A stretch of DNA of 64,000 bases from Raillietiella orientalis (Eukaryota), in NCBI GenBank assembly GCA_036172245.1, contig JAYWIR010000016.1, positions 2,356,001 to 2,420,000 on the forward strand, in the 5' to 3' direction. Below the pieces are notes generated by a model, which saw only the letters and a list, made by a program, of their open reading frames with translations, made no database searches and had not been told where the DNA came from. Positions 51,730-64,000 of the stretch are shown piece by piece. Both the position numbers and the translations under genes were made by a program. The first letter of the stretch is position 1; each line of letters starts with the position of its first letter.

Positions 51730-53640
51730 ATGTCTTGCTTTTTCGGGATTCTGTTGGGGGGGCTGTTGACCCAGCCATTCTGGGGCGTTTATCGTAAGGA
51801 GCAAAACAGGGAACATAAGATCCCTTGTGAATCAGCAACAGAAAGAAAAGAAGTCCTGGTTGCGGGGTCCTTCGACTCGTGGGTCAGTCGAGGAAGACTG
51901 GCTGGACTGACAGTGAGCTAGGAAATATAGAGTGGTAGCAAACAGTTGGCGGGTAGGACGTAGGGGGATGCTACCCCACTCCTATATCCTCTGCTGTTTT
52001 CCTTCTTCGTATGGTCCACCTGCATGCCTCCTTGACGAAAGAGATAGTGATGGAGATGGACGCTGGTTGTCTCCGGGGCAGCTCCAGAGAGTATCGGACC
52101 TTTGGAACACCACGGGTGCTCAACATGGAGCCGCGACTAAGGCGGAGGGAGAGAGACATTCTTGTGGGAAGAACCGAGAAGAATGGCCGCGGTAGCTGCG
52201 TACCCTTTGGATGAAGGAGTACTGAGACCGGTTGTCTCCCATGGCCGACAGAGGACGCCAGCAGCACCTCATCAGCAGGTGCAGGAGAGGCTCCATCGCC
52301 TCGTACCGATTACATTCCGGGGAAACGTTCCCCCTCGTAACGTGATCCATGAACGTTGTGAGAAGAGCGTCACCTCGTGCTGCCACCTTAGGAGAAGGAC
52401 TGGTTTCAAACAAGGGGGAAAGGACGAACAGTTCTTCCAGGGACGCACTCGAAATTTCTGCTCACCGACTCGGCCCTTTCTCGATGCAGGGCGTAGCCGC
52501 CTCGGTTAACACTTTGGGTGGGCGTCCGTCCAGGACCTTCTCGACTCCTGCAATCTTTCAGGGGAACTCCCACCTTGCCGGCTGGCAACTGCCGTTGCTT
52601 TTCCATGGAGAAGAGAGCGCTGCGGCCAGAGGTGCGCGGACCCACTTATCGGACCACTTATTCTTCTACAGGGAAATACTGCTGAACCGCTGAGTCGGGA
52701 CGAGGCCTTCAGAGCTGGTGCCGGTCACGAGTGCCCAGACATCCACATGTTCTTTCCGCTAAGCATGAAAATTCAAAGGGCGGCAGGAGATCCATTCAGC
52801 AAGGAGGCGAGTTGCTTCAGCGGGAATTCCCAAACACTGGTTTGAGCCGAGGTCTCCCGAACCACTTCTAAACAGAACGCAAGGATAAACTGAAAGGAAA
52901 AGGAGAAGACTCCAGCGCAATGAGGAAGCCATGAGTTTCGAACTGGAGCCTGAGTATCTTTCGGGATCCGAATCTTCCCCAAGAGCAGAACTACTTAGGA
53001 TCCTGCATCTGACATATCCCACAACGGAATCGTCTCTGGACAGATTCGCCTGATTTAGTTGAATTTGCAGCCCATGGGACTTTGTTTGGAGCCAGTGTGC
53101 CTCGTTGTCCTTCGACATCAAGTGTGTTTTAATTCCTTGGCTGCAGAGATAAAAGTACTGATAAAAGTGTACTCTGTGTGTTGTAGTTCTCTGCCGCATG
53201 CGCGGAATACTGGAAAAGTGGAATGCATCGAGGGGAGGACACAGAAGCCGGAACGCCATTCATTGGGCAGTCCTCTCCATGGAGAAGGCATGCCGATGGC
53301 GCCGGTTAAGGGCAATTCAACCGGCACTTGCCCGCATCCGAAACCGGATGCAGAGCACTCATCCCGGCAAGCAGTGATCCCATCCCATTCCTCCTCACCC
53401 CATAAAACTTTGTCCCCCCGGCGTTTTTGTTTTTTGTTTTCTTTTTTGGTTTTCCCGTCCCTTTCGCCCGTGAAGTGTACCACACCGGCCAGCGTGTCGG
53501 TAAGGGCAAGTGAAAAAACACTTCCAGAACCATGTGTTCTGGAAGAAGCAATGCCCAAAAGCCTAAATTTAAATATAACAACGAATGCCGTTCCGAATAA
53601 TGTAGACTTTTAAAAATAAAAGCCCCGGCTTATCCAGGCG
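51730..53640 (+). mobile_element. Decayed L1-like APE fragment(s) followed by a 3' end
   Basis: VLVAGSFDS (GDFN-like) and GDGRWLSP (GxWKLN-like); VLCRMRGI C-terminal motif; 3'-UTR stem-loop at 53484-53501; AATAAA at 53615-53620. Confidence 0.65.
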
Positions 53641-53654
53641 AAAAACTCTGATAA

Positions 53655-54300
53655 AGGACACTCTGCAGAGAGTGTCTCTCTCCCGCCGCCTTGATCGTGG
53701 CGCCATGTTGAGCACCCGTGGTGTTCCAAAGGTCCGATACTCTCTGGAGCTGCCCCGGAGACAACCAGCGCCCATCTCCATCGCTGTCTCTTTCGTCAAG
53801 GAGGCATGCAGGTGGACCATAGGAAGAAGGAAAACAGCAGGGGATCTCCACCATCTTTCAGAGGATATAGGAGTGGAGCAGCGTTCCCGGTGCTCCCCAC
53901 GTCCTACCCGCCAACTGTTTGCTACCTCTCTATATTTCCTAGCTCACCGTCAGTCCAGCCAATCTCCCTCGGCTGACCCACGAGTCGATGGAGTCCAAAG
54001 CGCCCACCCAAGTGCAAGATAATCATCGACTCAAGCTCTTGTGTACCAACATGTTTATGCACTCTCAGATTTCACTGCGCCTAGAAGACGTTCTGCCCTC
54101 TGTGTTTTAAAGTTCTCTGGCTCCACAGGCATCCAAGTGCTCTTCGACTCCAGCCTCATCCTCGTTCTTCTTCGACTGGAAGGTGGTTGGTTGGATCACA
54201 GCGCTAAACGGGGTCGGCTCTTAGCCGAAAGCCACCGAGGTTAGCGAGCTGGAATGATAGGTGCGTCAAAATCCGTGACAGAAAATCTCCGCGCTCCAGC
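53655..54300 (-). mobile_element. Second, inverted copy of the APE fragment
   Basis: 53673-53988 is the reverse complement of 51872-52158 apart from substitutions and two short indels. Confidence 0.75.
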
Positions 54301-55899
54301 AGAGAGGCAAGCTGAATGAATGCGACCTGATAATCTTCTTGACCCTGACCCGCGTGGCCTGCAGCCTCGCATCCGAGGGAGCGCAAATCCCCTTGCCGTT
54401 ACCGCAGAAACCGAGGAGGAAGCGATGAGAACCCGGAAGATGAGCATGATCTGCATAATGCAGACATCCGTCAGATCAATCGGGAAGAAATCCCTACTTC
54501 TGTGTGGAATAAGAGAAGATCAGCGGAGCGGCAAATCATGTAGAATATTCTGTCCCTCAGGTTTCGGGAAATTCAGGGAAGAACTGCCTCCCGTCACACG
54601 CGAAGGAGGAGTTTTCCTCCCTTCCATTCTTCTCCCTTCTGCTTACCGCTTACCCTCCTTTCATGCATCCAAAAAGCGACGGTTTTCATCTCTTCCCAAC
54701 GCTCTTTCAGATGGAGAGCGTCCTCGCCCGATATTTCGTGGCGCCTTCTCTCCTGCTTCTCCCACTGCCGAAAAAATCCCGACCCATCCACCTAGTCTAT
54801 GATCATGCGTCACATCTTACGCGAAAATGATTTTTCTCCGCAGGGGAGGAAGAGGTCGCTAGCCTTCGCTGTCGCAGAGATTGCTTTCAGTGACTTCGGC
54901 GGAATGGCTGCAGTAGCTGAAGCGCAATCATTTTATTGGAAAAGGATTATGGGGATGAGGCGTAACGGAAAAGGGGAGATGGAAGGAAGAGGAGGAGGAG
55001 GAATGACAGAGGGGCAAGAGAAGAAGGAGTTTCGAGATCCAGGTCTTTCCACTCCTATTCCATCGGAAACTCCGTGCGTCCGAATCCCCGTCACAATCCC
55101 CACGAAGCAGAATGTTGAAGACCGTGGTCACTACATTTCTCAGTTGCACGTCATGACCAGAATGCCGGCTAGCTGACGGGTCCAAAGGGTGGAAGAGTTT
55201 GGACTAGTGATCTGTTGATGGTGTGAGGAACATTTCCGCTCTTCCTCAGTAATGTACAGGTTTCCCGGAACAAGAACTCACTGGGCATACCGCTACATGC
55301 GATGGATCAAAAGTGGATGCTAAGGGAGACGCAGTATGGGAGGAGCAACAAACGGCCAGAATGAGTCATCTCTCCGGGTTTTGAGCGGTGATGAGCAGGT
55401 GAGTTCCTTCTCCGCTCTTCTTAGCCTAGTTAGATAGATATCCTCGACACCGTTGACACGGTGCGGGCAGGGATGCGTGTCTCACTTAGCAGCAGCTAAA
55501 CAGACCCCCTTTCAAGTTTACTGGGCAACGCGGCTCGCGGAAGCAGGACCTTCGTGGTGTGGAGAGGCTTGGATTGACCTGAGAAGAAAACTCCTTCCAG
55601 GAAAACTTTCCAGGAATGCTTCGTCTTCCATCAGAAGTATGTCAGGGCACATGACCAAGAGCAGCAGCCCAGGCAGAATGGGCGCTCGTGGAAAGCGGGA
55701 GGGTTTAGAGAAGTATAGTGTTCCCTCGTGAAGAGAGCGAGGCGCATGGTTTCTAGTTGGCATGTGCTTCTGGAATACAAAGATGAAGCCGAGGCTTTGC
55801 AGCTCGAAAGTTCATCTGCTGGATATCAGAGGAGGAAAAGGAATTTGTATCCACAGACTATTCTTCGATTGTGACTGGCTGATGCGCCATATCGGTTAG

Positions 55900-57860
55900 T
55901 GAGAAAGTCTACGTATGCGTTTTGATTGACGGCAATGGAGATTTAGGAAATCTTTACTACGTGTCGCTATCAAAGTGCGCGCCGTCTGGATGCTGCCTGG
56001 GACACGAAAAGATTAGTGAGCTCTGCTTGCCGCCGATAGGGTGAAAAGAGAAGAAAGCGCCCAGAAACCTCAGAACAAATGACCAAACTCATCTGAGTTA
56101 CGTAGCGCCTCACGAGTTTCAAAAGGAAGATACTTGCAGCTGGAGAAGCTTCGGTTGCTAGGGGGAGTTATAGGTGTACAAGGAATACTGGGGGATATTT
56201 GCACGTGGAAAAGTCATCACCGACTCTCTAAATGGTCCTGTAAAGATGAGTACCAAAATGTAGGTCGCAGATGAAGAACGGCAATTTAAGGAGGATACCA
56301 AGGGGGACTGCAGGGATGCTGAGGATATGGAATCGAGTTGAATCATCTGAAGATACTGGCTGTGACTTAGAAGTATAGGGTTTGGACCAGACATCTTCAC
56401 AGGGAAAGCGGCACAAAAGACCTCTCCTGCCTACGCACGTTTCTTCTTCCTTCATCTGGTTGAATGTGAAAGCAGCCGTTTCTCGAGATGAAAGACAGAC
56501 GGAGAGGAGCTAAGCCCAGTCCTCAAGCGAATCCACCATAGACACTGCTTCAGCAGGTTTCCTTTCCATCTGAAGGACTGCAGGACCCGGACTGAGGATG
56601 GTATTGGCCTTGCTCCTCATTTTGATCGGTGGTCTGCCATCAGTGGCTCAAGTTCAGCTTCGAATACTGGATCTGGAAAATGTCCAGGGAAAACGAAAAA
56701 GGGGTGCACGATGACAGCATGTTTCCATTTTGGGCACAGAACTTCCCAGGGAAAACAAAATTGAGGGTCTTTTCATACTTTGATAGACCCCCTTTCAGAC
56801 CAGCACCTCTCCTGGTCTTCTTTGAAAGACCAAATCTCCTCTGGGAAATCGATAGATGCGCGACAATGTAGCAAAGTCATCGTTGCGCATCCAACAGCTT
56901 CGTCTTGGAACACAAGTCCCTGTGGGATCTGAAGAGACATTCTATTTCAGAATGGGTAACTGCACGAGCTGGACGAATTCCTCGGATTTCTATCTGGAAC
57001 GATGTCCGAAAGGAAATTCTAAAGATTCCGGAGACGCATAAGACTAAAGTTTTGCGTCTCACATTTTTTGGAAGAAGGCTGCTGAAGCCAGTGGGTCACA
57101 GAGACGTTCAGGGACAGAGTGATCCAGAGTGACATTTTGCATCGACTCTTTCTGCTTGCAAAAGGGTTTTCGGATTCAATTGTCGTGACGCGAAAAGGGG
57201 TGAGGTGGGGCACCCAGTCTTTATTCTCGACGAGGAGGTGAAGTCAATGGGACCCATCGCTTCGAAACGCTTCCGTCACTAAATATTCTATTCTCGGCGT
57301 CCCCGGAACTCATCCTCTCGGCCCTCCCGATGACCTTGGAGAGTAATGGCACACTGCACTCGTGCCATCTGCTCGCAACCTGACTCCTGAAAGACCAGAA
57401 TAGAAGCTCCCAGCTGCGTCCTTTGTCTGGACTCTTTTGATCTCCGAGATGTCTGCAGCAATTGATGGATGTCAGGTAGCAATTGTTGATGAAGATGCCC
57501 TTACATTCTCGTTTGCTGCCCCATGCTTGCTGTTGCCCCTTCCTCTGTGCAAGGTGCCTCTAGGAATAACTTCAGGATGAAAGAATGGATCTCTCACTTT
57601 CTGTAAGGAAAACTCTTTGGAGCTCATCCTGAAACTAATAGTTCCTTTGAGTAGCTCCCTCTGCAAAAGAATTTTTCTCCGTTGGTTCCCAATTTTCGCT
57701 CCCTAATCCATTTCGGCAAATATCTCACAGGAATTTACACCAGTGAAAGACATGAGAGACTTCTGCATGAGATGCTGGATATTTTCAGGAGTGGAACTAC
57801 TCTCCTATGCGGTGCTTCAGGTCTGATCTACAGGCAGAGGAAGAAAGACTATAGTCTCAG
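55900..57860 (+). mobile_element. Decayed R2/NeSL-type RT remnant
   Basis: Ordered remnants: PG.DGI-like (~56590), FRPAPLL (~56795), ISIWNDVRK (WLDL-like, ~56990), RKGVRWG (~57195), LQQLMD, GKYL (~57720). Confidence 0.55.
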
Positions 57861-57899
57861 GTAAGAGCTGGATGAGCCGGTGGTCCACAAGTCTCGAAA

Positions 57900-59430
57900 A
57901 GGCACCAGGGCTTAGATGCGATCATCCATCGATCGGGATCCATCGATCCGTCTCGGAGTTTCACGTCTGTTCATCTGGGGTGCTCGTCGCTCCCCAGAAT
58001 GTTGCTTTCTCAGCTTCCTGTCCTCCGTCTCTCGAGAGCCGACCGCTGGGGTTCTCCGGCTGCATCTGTTTGTCCGTCCTTCGTGTGGCATGGGCTGCAT
58101 AGATGTCGCTGGAGTAGCGGATGCACGAAGCCATCATCCGGTGCCTCGTCGTCACCAAGTGCTTCTTCCGAATCCCAAGATCCTGGAGCACCTCTTCGTT
58201 ACCTGGATCCCAGGCGTCCAGAGAGCCAACGATGAGAGCATGAACTCTGCATAGCTTCTCCCTTCTGCTTAGCTGGAGGGCTACCTCCTTGAGCTTTCCT
58301 TGTTTTTTCCTTCTAGCTGTGCTAAACGCCTCCCCTCCAAGCTCGTACGGGCAGCAGACGTCCAGCACTACGATCCGGTGGTTTCCTTTCTCCACCACAA
58401 AGTCCGGTCTTAAGAAGGAATTCGCTCCTGGAGCTCTCTGGGTAGTGGACATGGGTCGACTTTGCTTCATCCACTGCGGTCATGCTGATCATCTCTTCAA
58501 TCGCGTCGTGTCGCGCAATGGACAGATGAGTGTGCCCCTGCATCTGTTTAACATGTGAGAAACCGCTTCGTCTTCTGTCCGGTAGCGCCGATATGTGCGT
58601 TCTTCTGGTTTCATCTTGGGTCCAGCTCTGACTGCCAGGACGTTTAGTCTGGCTGCGTAGATGAATTCCTGGAATCTCAGGTAATCACCATTGGCGAGGA
58701 AGAAGCTTGAGGCGTGGTGCATGTCCACGAATTGCATGGCTTTTCCTTGGCTGATGTGCTTTGGACCAGGGATTGCCACACGTGTTTTCCCTGCAATGCT
58801 CCCACATAGGAGGTAATCTTCCTCCTCATGCTGCCGCTGAAGATGACTCCATTGACTGTTATGGTGGGCTCTCCATTAGGGAAAACCTGGCATCCAAATC
58901 CAAATCTGGACATCCAAATTTCCAGCGGACTTTTGTTCTACAGAATCCCCCGGAAGAGGAAGACGGAATGCAATCATGAATCCCATCTTGAGAGGAAATC
59001 CTCAAGGAAGCACGCTCGCCGTGGCACCTTCCCCTTACAAAAGAGAGCTTTTGTAAGGGGAAGGTGCCATTCAAAGCCACGTGGATTCGAAATAAAGATC
59101 GGCGACCCTGATCGCATATCCTGCGCTGGAGCTCCTGAAGTTTCGAAGAAGCGCTTTTGAACTGGTGACATTAAAAACAAGGGGAATGTACAGCACAGCA
59201 TCCGAGCTGCAGACAGGAGCAGCGGAGCTGCTCGATTTGCTGCTCGCTCCGTCGAGGAATCTTTTCGGCTCCTGCTGTGGAATTCTCGGGTGGCAGACAC
59301 CACTCGTGGGTTCTTTTCTTCAAAGCATCCTTGTCCGAGATGCTGCCATTTACTCCGTGAATCCAACATCTTCAGTATTGTGTGGCCATTTCTAAAGAGG
59401 CTCCGAAAGAGATCCGTTGAATACACTCAT
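57900..59430 (-). mobile_element. NeSL/Utopia-type non-LTR C-terminus (zinc motif plus restriction-like endonuclease), pseudogenised
   Basis: QGKA...SSFFLANG.YLRF..FIYAARLNVL, SHMLNRC...ARHDAI, LRPDFVVE...VLDVCCPYE...AFSTARRKK...ALIVGSLDAWDPGNEEVL...IRYSSDIY. This is the characteristic Utopia/NeSL C-terminal motif series. Confidence 0.88.
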
Positions 59431-60679
59431 TTGGCGTATATCCCGAAAATACTGTTAGTTTTGTACCATTGCCGTACCCTTTTTTATGCACTGCGGCTGC
59501 CTTACTGTTATCTTCGATTCTTTCGGTGCTTCGCCCTTTTCCAGATCTCATGATCTCGAGTATTCTACGTCCAAGAAAGAAACTTTTCTTACCATTGAGA
59601 GCATTCGCCCCGAGACAAAGTAAAGAATCAGTCCTTGGTCTCCTTCCTCCGCTTTTCCCCTTCTAGAACCGTTGATAAATACTCTTAACGGCAGAGAGAC
59701 GCCCAGTGTGATCGTCTTCTCTTTTCTCTAAAGCATCAGATGTAGCTACAGTTTCGAGAGTGTTCTGAACAGGCCCGCTGGAGAATGGTGACTCCCGGTG
59801 CTTCCCACTTGATCCGTGCTACCAGCACTCTTGCCTCTCCGAAATCGCAGTTTTCTTGCTGAGTCATCGATTAGTGACCTGGGGATTACTCACCTCCGAC
59901 CAACGCGGTTGGCGGTATCTCTAGAGAGCGACGTCCATCCAGGAAGGGCATTTAACCGAACCGCAGGGACATATCTACAGTCCGAAAACCCGAAGGCTCA
60001 TCACTGGACGGAAGAGCCCTTCCGCACTGTGGTCTCCACACGATCTGCATGTTCTGGTACCGAATGACCGCACTTTCTTGGGTTCAGAGGGCTGCAGGCT
60101 GGTGATCGATCCCTTTTCTCACGTTTGTGTTCAACATGGAGTCTCCCAACGCAATCTCCAGAGCTGCCTTTTCTAACGCCCACTTTGCTTCCTTGTCAGG
60201 TTCTCCATGTGACCAAGGAAACAGGAAAAGAGAGAAGCAACCCGTGCAGACAAAAGCAGATTTGCCTCCTCCCTTCTCCCCTTCCTCCTCGATGCCCCGC
60301 TAGCCAATTCCGCAAGAATTCATTCCGCAAGAATTTCCAAACCGCGTCCCCCGTGCAAGGTTCCCTTGAAATTGGCGTATTCCAAACTCAGGAGGGAATG
60401 GACGATATGAACTGGAGCGGACGCGGTTGCATGGATCAGATTATGTGGTCTTCTGCTGCTCAGAGAGAAAGCGCCCGACGATTTGCCCTCGGAATCCAGC
60501 TAGGCTGTGTGAGATCTGAGTATGTGAAATCTCAGCATCACGAAGATGGAAGCAAAGATGTGGTAGGAGGCAAAGGGAGTAGATCCACGCAACAATGTCT
60601 CAAAAAGTGTTCAATTGACCTATGCACACTGAAGAAGACGCAGTTGAGAGCAATTTCTTTCCAAGAGTCCATGGAAATT

Positions 60680-61357
60680 GAGGATGCCTCTTTCGGTCCT
60701 GATCTTTTTTTGGTTTGCCAAGTGCTGAGGAACCCTTCGCCTCCTTAGGGGCGCTCATGAAGCCCTTTGGCACTGTCCACGCCACCCAAGGGTGTGTGCA
60801 TCTCTTCATACCCTGGAAGGACCACCCCATGAATCCAGGAAGGCTTCGAAGGAAGGAATCCTTTACTCTCACACTTGGGAGAAAACCACGAAACGAGCCC
60901 TTGGTCTGGTTGTCTTTGAAGGGAAGCCCGAAGGGAACCTCTTCCTTATTCTTTCCAGAGGGGTCTCCCAGAGGGAATTCACTTCTCATTTCTTCTCCGA
61001 AAGGAACCAGGAAAGGATCCACTCCTAGAATTTCTCCTCCGGAGGGAACAATGCAAGGGAACCGCTCCTTCTTTCCTCCTCTGAAGAGAATCCCGAATGA
61101 ATCTGCCTACGTGATTCCTGGAAGGATCCCAAAGTCAACTTCCCATCTGTGCCAGTCAACGGAGGCATCCGGTTTCAACCAGTCCTGCACCCGAAACCAA
61201 CCGAGACCAATCAGCGTCATCCTGCAGAGGAGGGGGGACTCGAAACCCAAGACGCGTCTCCCATTCTCGGCGTCGATCCTTCTCCGGGTAGGATTCGAAT
61301 CTGCAACCCTTGGTGCTACGCGCGGAGACCGCAGCCAAGCGGCCGCCAACACGACCT
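60680..61357 (-). mobile_element. tRNA-derived SINE-like element
   Basis: GGCC-GCTTGGCTGC-GGTC D arm, AGATTCGAATCC B box, GGATGACGCTGATTGGTC block, internal repeats; tail matches ~1000-1100. Confidence 0.8.
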
Positions 61358-61699
61358 TGGTCCTGATCAAGTCTCCATCTTGGTAGCAGAGAAGTTTCAC
61401 ATTCTCAAATCAGCGATGTTTGTACATTCAGTTCGAGGCAGCGAAGGAGTCGCGAGGGTCATCAGGGCTCTTCGAAGGTAGAAACTGTCTGAAATCCCAG
61501 AGCTTCGAATCGGTTTTCCCCTCGAGTTCCCAGCTTGTCGGGAGTCCCGAACCAGCTGGACGTATCCACTTCACTGCTTCCTCATGACCAAATTAGGATA
61601 TGCGGATGCTGGAGTCATCCGGAACGAATGATCGGAGAACGTGGTGTTCCAGCCTTGTGTTCTGTCCTTGCATGACCTTAACGGTTTTTGAAAATGTCT

Positions 61700-63700
61700 T
61701 TTGTTTTGGCTTGCGAAGGACGGTCAGACAAACGGCCAAAGGTGAGAAGGGCAGTAGAAGGACTCGCATGCGGTCGTGAATATTCAAAGAGATTCATTCC
61801 TTATGGAGACTGGGATACCAGATGGAATCATAAAGGGAACCATCTGAACGGCATCCCATTACCCTTAAGTAAAGCAGGGAAAATCATCTCGCGTGATCGC
61901 CACCCTTGGAGGTGACTTAACGATGGAGGAATCTGCACGCCTTTCTCTTCCAAGTTTTAGCTGCACCACCAGCGCCAGCGTGCTGCAGAAGTGTGCAACC
62001 CGCCTTCCTGCTGCTGCACGAATTGATTTTCCTTGTTGTAACCTGCAAAATCCCTGCGTGGCTTCTGTTCCTTTAGACGGCTGATTCTCTACGGAGGTAT
62101 CTCAGGATGCTCAGGAAGACACCGTGGTCCTCATTCGGTAGCCGTGAAGAGAAACAAGGATCAGAAAATTGTTGCCAAGTCACAGATTTACTGCGATGCA
62201 TCAGGTCACCTAGTGATGTTGAGGATGATTCAGCAAACCATTTTACTGTCTTGAGGACACTCTTCATGGCCCTATGTGGCTTCAATGCTTCCTTGCAAAC
62301 CAGCAATCTTTTGAAGAAGATTAAAAAGGCAGAGCAGTCGAGGCAGTGCAGAAAATGCTCCAGAATTGTGGCGGGAAACAGGACCGCCTCCAACTTTCTG
62401 CTGTGAATCACAGGGAAGGAACGCAGACAAACTACGGAAGGAAGAAGAGTTTCGAACACCTCCTCAATGAAGTCACCTTCACTATCTCATCCTTCAGCTC
62501 AGTTTATCGAGGATGGTTCGCCCGATCAGTCCACCTGGTACATTGTCAGTAGAGTTCCGGATCTTAGAACACACCATCCCTTTCCTGAGGTTTCCCATCT
62601 GGTGCCTGGAAATCCTCGACTCCTTCTCGATGAGTCCCCCACAGCTGCTGATGAGTCCCACAAGATACAAGAGGAGTCGAACAGGATAATTTGCCCACCG
62701 CACTCTCGAGCACCAGATCAGATCGGAGCTTGGCCACAGTAGATGCTGGAAGGGGTTCGAGGGTTGTTGCAGGTGACTCGAATATGCAATCTTCATATTT
62801 AGAAAGGGAAGAAAGCTGAAGGAAACTCGTCTTCTTAGGACTCTTGATAAGCGCTCCGGCCGAAGGATCATCCAGATATCTAGTGGTGGCTTGGCACACA
62901 CGACCACAGGGAACAGTTTGTAGGCAGGCATGCCGAAGGTTCACGGAAGTGCATGGATGAGTGAGCGAAGTTTCGTCCGGTCTTCCAGGGACCGTCCTCT
63001 AGCTGAAATCCTCCCTTACATCTCTTCTTCGTGGGAGGCAAAAGCAATTCGAAGCTCAGCTGCTGTCTTTTACTCTCGAGGCGCTTGCATTAGGAAGTCA
63101 GAAGGGAAGCTGTTGCTAAGAAAAAGAGATGATGAGATTCATCCTGGAAACCGCTTCATAGCGAAGAGGTGCACCTCCGGAACTCGGAGCAGTACATCCG
63201 TAAGTGGACAAGAGCAGCAGCCTCTCTTGTTTACCCCTGTAAGTGAAGATGCTCCGAGCGATCCTGATTGGAATGCGAATTGAGCATCCCCTGGAACCGA
63301 ACAGTCGACAGAACCAAGATATTTTTCGAATGGGGAGGTCTAGGGCGGATCCCAAATCCGAGAACTGCTTCCCGTTTCGAAGACTCATGCCATTAGGAGG
63401 AAAAGACTCCCCGGCCGCAACACAGGCTGGAGACCTTCTGAGATCCGTCCATGAACTGATCAACCCCCGGTCACACGCAGTTTCCAAGGCATCGCTACAA
63501 AGAGGAACCTTCTTGCAGTCAAGAGCGAAATCCTAGTGGTTTTTCGTGGGTTCGGTTTGATTCGGTGCATTCCATCAGGGTCATTAGTTGTCCTGTTCTG
63601 GACGACTTTCGCAGAGGACATCCGCATCGGGGGCCCACAGCCTCCACTTCTTTGGATTTCTTGAGACATCCGCGCCGCTGCTCCGGATCTCTTTCGCTAC
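61700..63700 (-). mobile_element. Decayed RT N-terminal/linker region, probably RLE-clade
   Basis: DNVPGG (APGPDG-like, ~62530) and other weak RT remnants with many frameshifts. Confidence 0.4.
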
Positions 63701-63849
63701 GGCACGAGATTCAGTTCCTGCTTGTGGGATCCCTCGCCATCAGCGGGGGCCCGTCCTATGAGGCGGCGGAATGGAGCAACGGAGCTGTCAGGGTGCGTGC
63801 GCACCGACGGGTGACACGCGCCTGTCGTCACTCGTTCGTGGTGTAGCGT

Positions 63850-64000
63850 GAGGTTAATGGCACCTCTTCAGAGAGTGCAAAGAAGCGCGCCTTTCCCTTC
63901 TGGGAGCGCCCTTCTGAGAAATTTCGGAAGCGTCCCTTCGAGGTTCCTTTCAGAGGAGTAAACAGGAGCGGTTCCCTCGCGGGTTCCCTCTGGAGAAGAA
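63850..64000 (+). mobile_element. Internal fragment of the SINE-like family running off the window edge
   Basis: Reverse complement of 41860-41950 (AGTGCAAAGAAGCGCGCC...GGGAGCGCCCTTCTGAGAAATTTCGGAAGCGTCCCTTC). Confidence 0.8.

Noticed and set aside
51872..53988. DNA transposon with ~300-bp terminal inverted repeats
   Set aside because: The arms are internal APE-coding fragments of two oppositely oriented non-LTR copies; no TSD or transposase is visible.
62645..62685. Hammerhead ribozyme core CTGATGAG (also at 7203)
   Set aside because: No correctly placed stem II with GAAA and no stem I/III pairing could be built.

Overview
Eukaryotic (invertebrate animal-like) genomic DNA. AT-rich gene islands with many very short introns (41-63 nt) alternate with GC-rich clusters of nested, mostly decayed non-LTR retrotransposons. 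Three spliced housekeeping genes were reconstructed by hand: TADA3 (+, ~12.8-15.3 kb), UXT (-, 23.3-25.5 kb) and UBE2V/MMS2 (-, 35.8-36.7 kb). The repeats fall into three groups: an L1/Tx1-type APE-RT family with several diverged subfamilies, NeSL/Utopia-type elements with a restriction-like endonuclease, and a long (~0.65-0.85 kb) tRNA-derived SINE-like family. Four observations stand out. (i) Two near-identical L1/Tx1-like copies end at the same position inside different SINE copies and share an identical 51-nt SINE-derived tail, suggesting SINE targeting. (ii) The subfamilies share a covarying 3'-UTR stem-loop plus an AATAAA-hairpin terminus with no poly(A). (iii) Two U2 snRNA fragments both break at the branch-point-recognition sequence, the known Keno/Utopia insertion site. 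(iv) UBE2V appears to need a GT-GG intron. Most ORFs in the six-frame track are spurious or TE-derived. All homology calls are from motif recognition by eye; no database searches were run.
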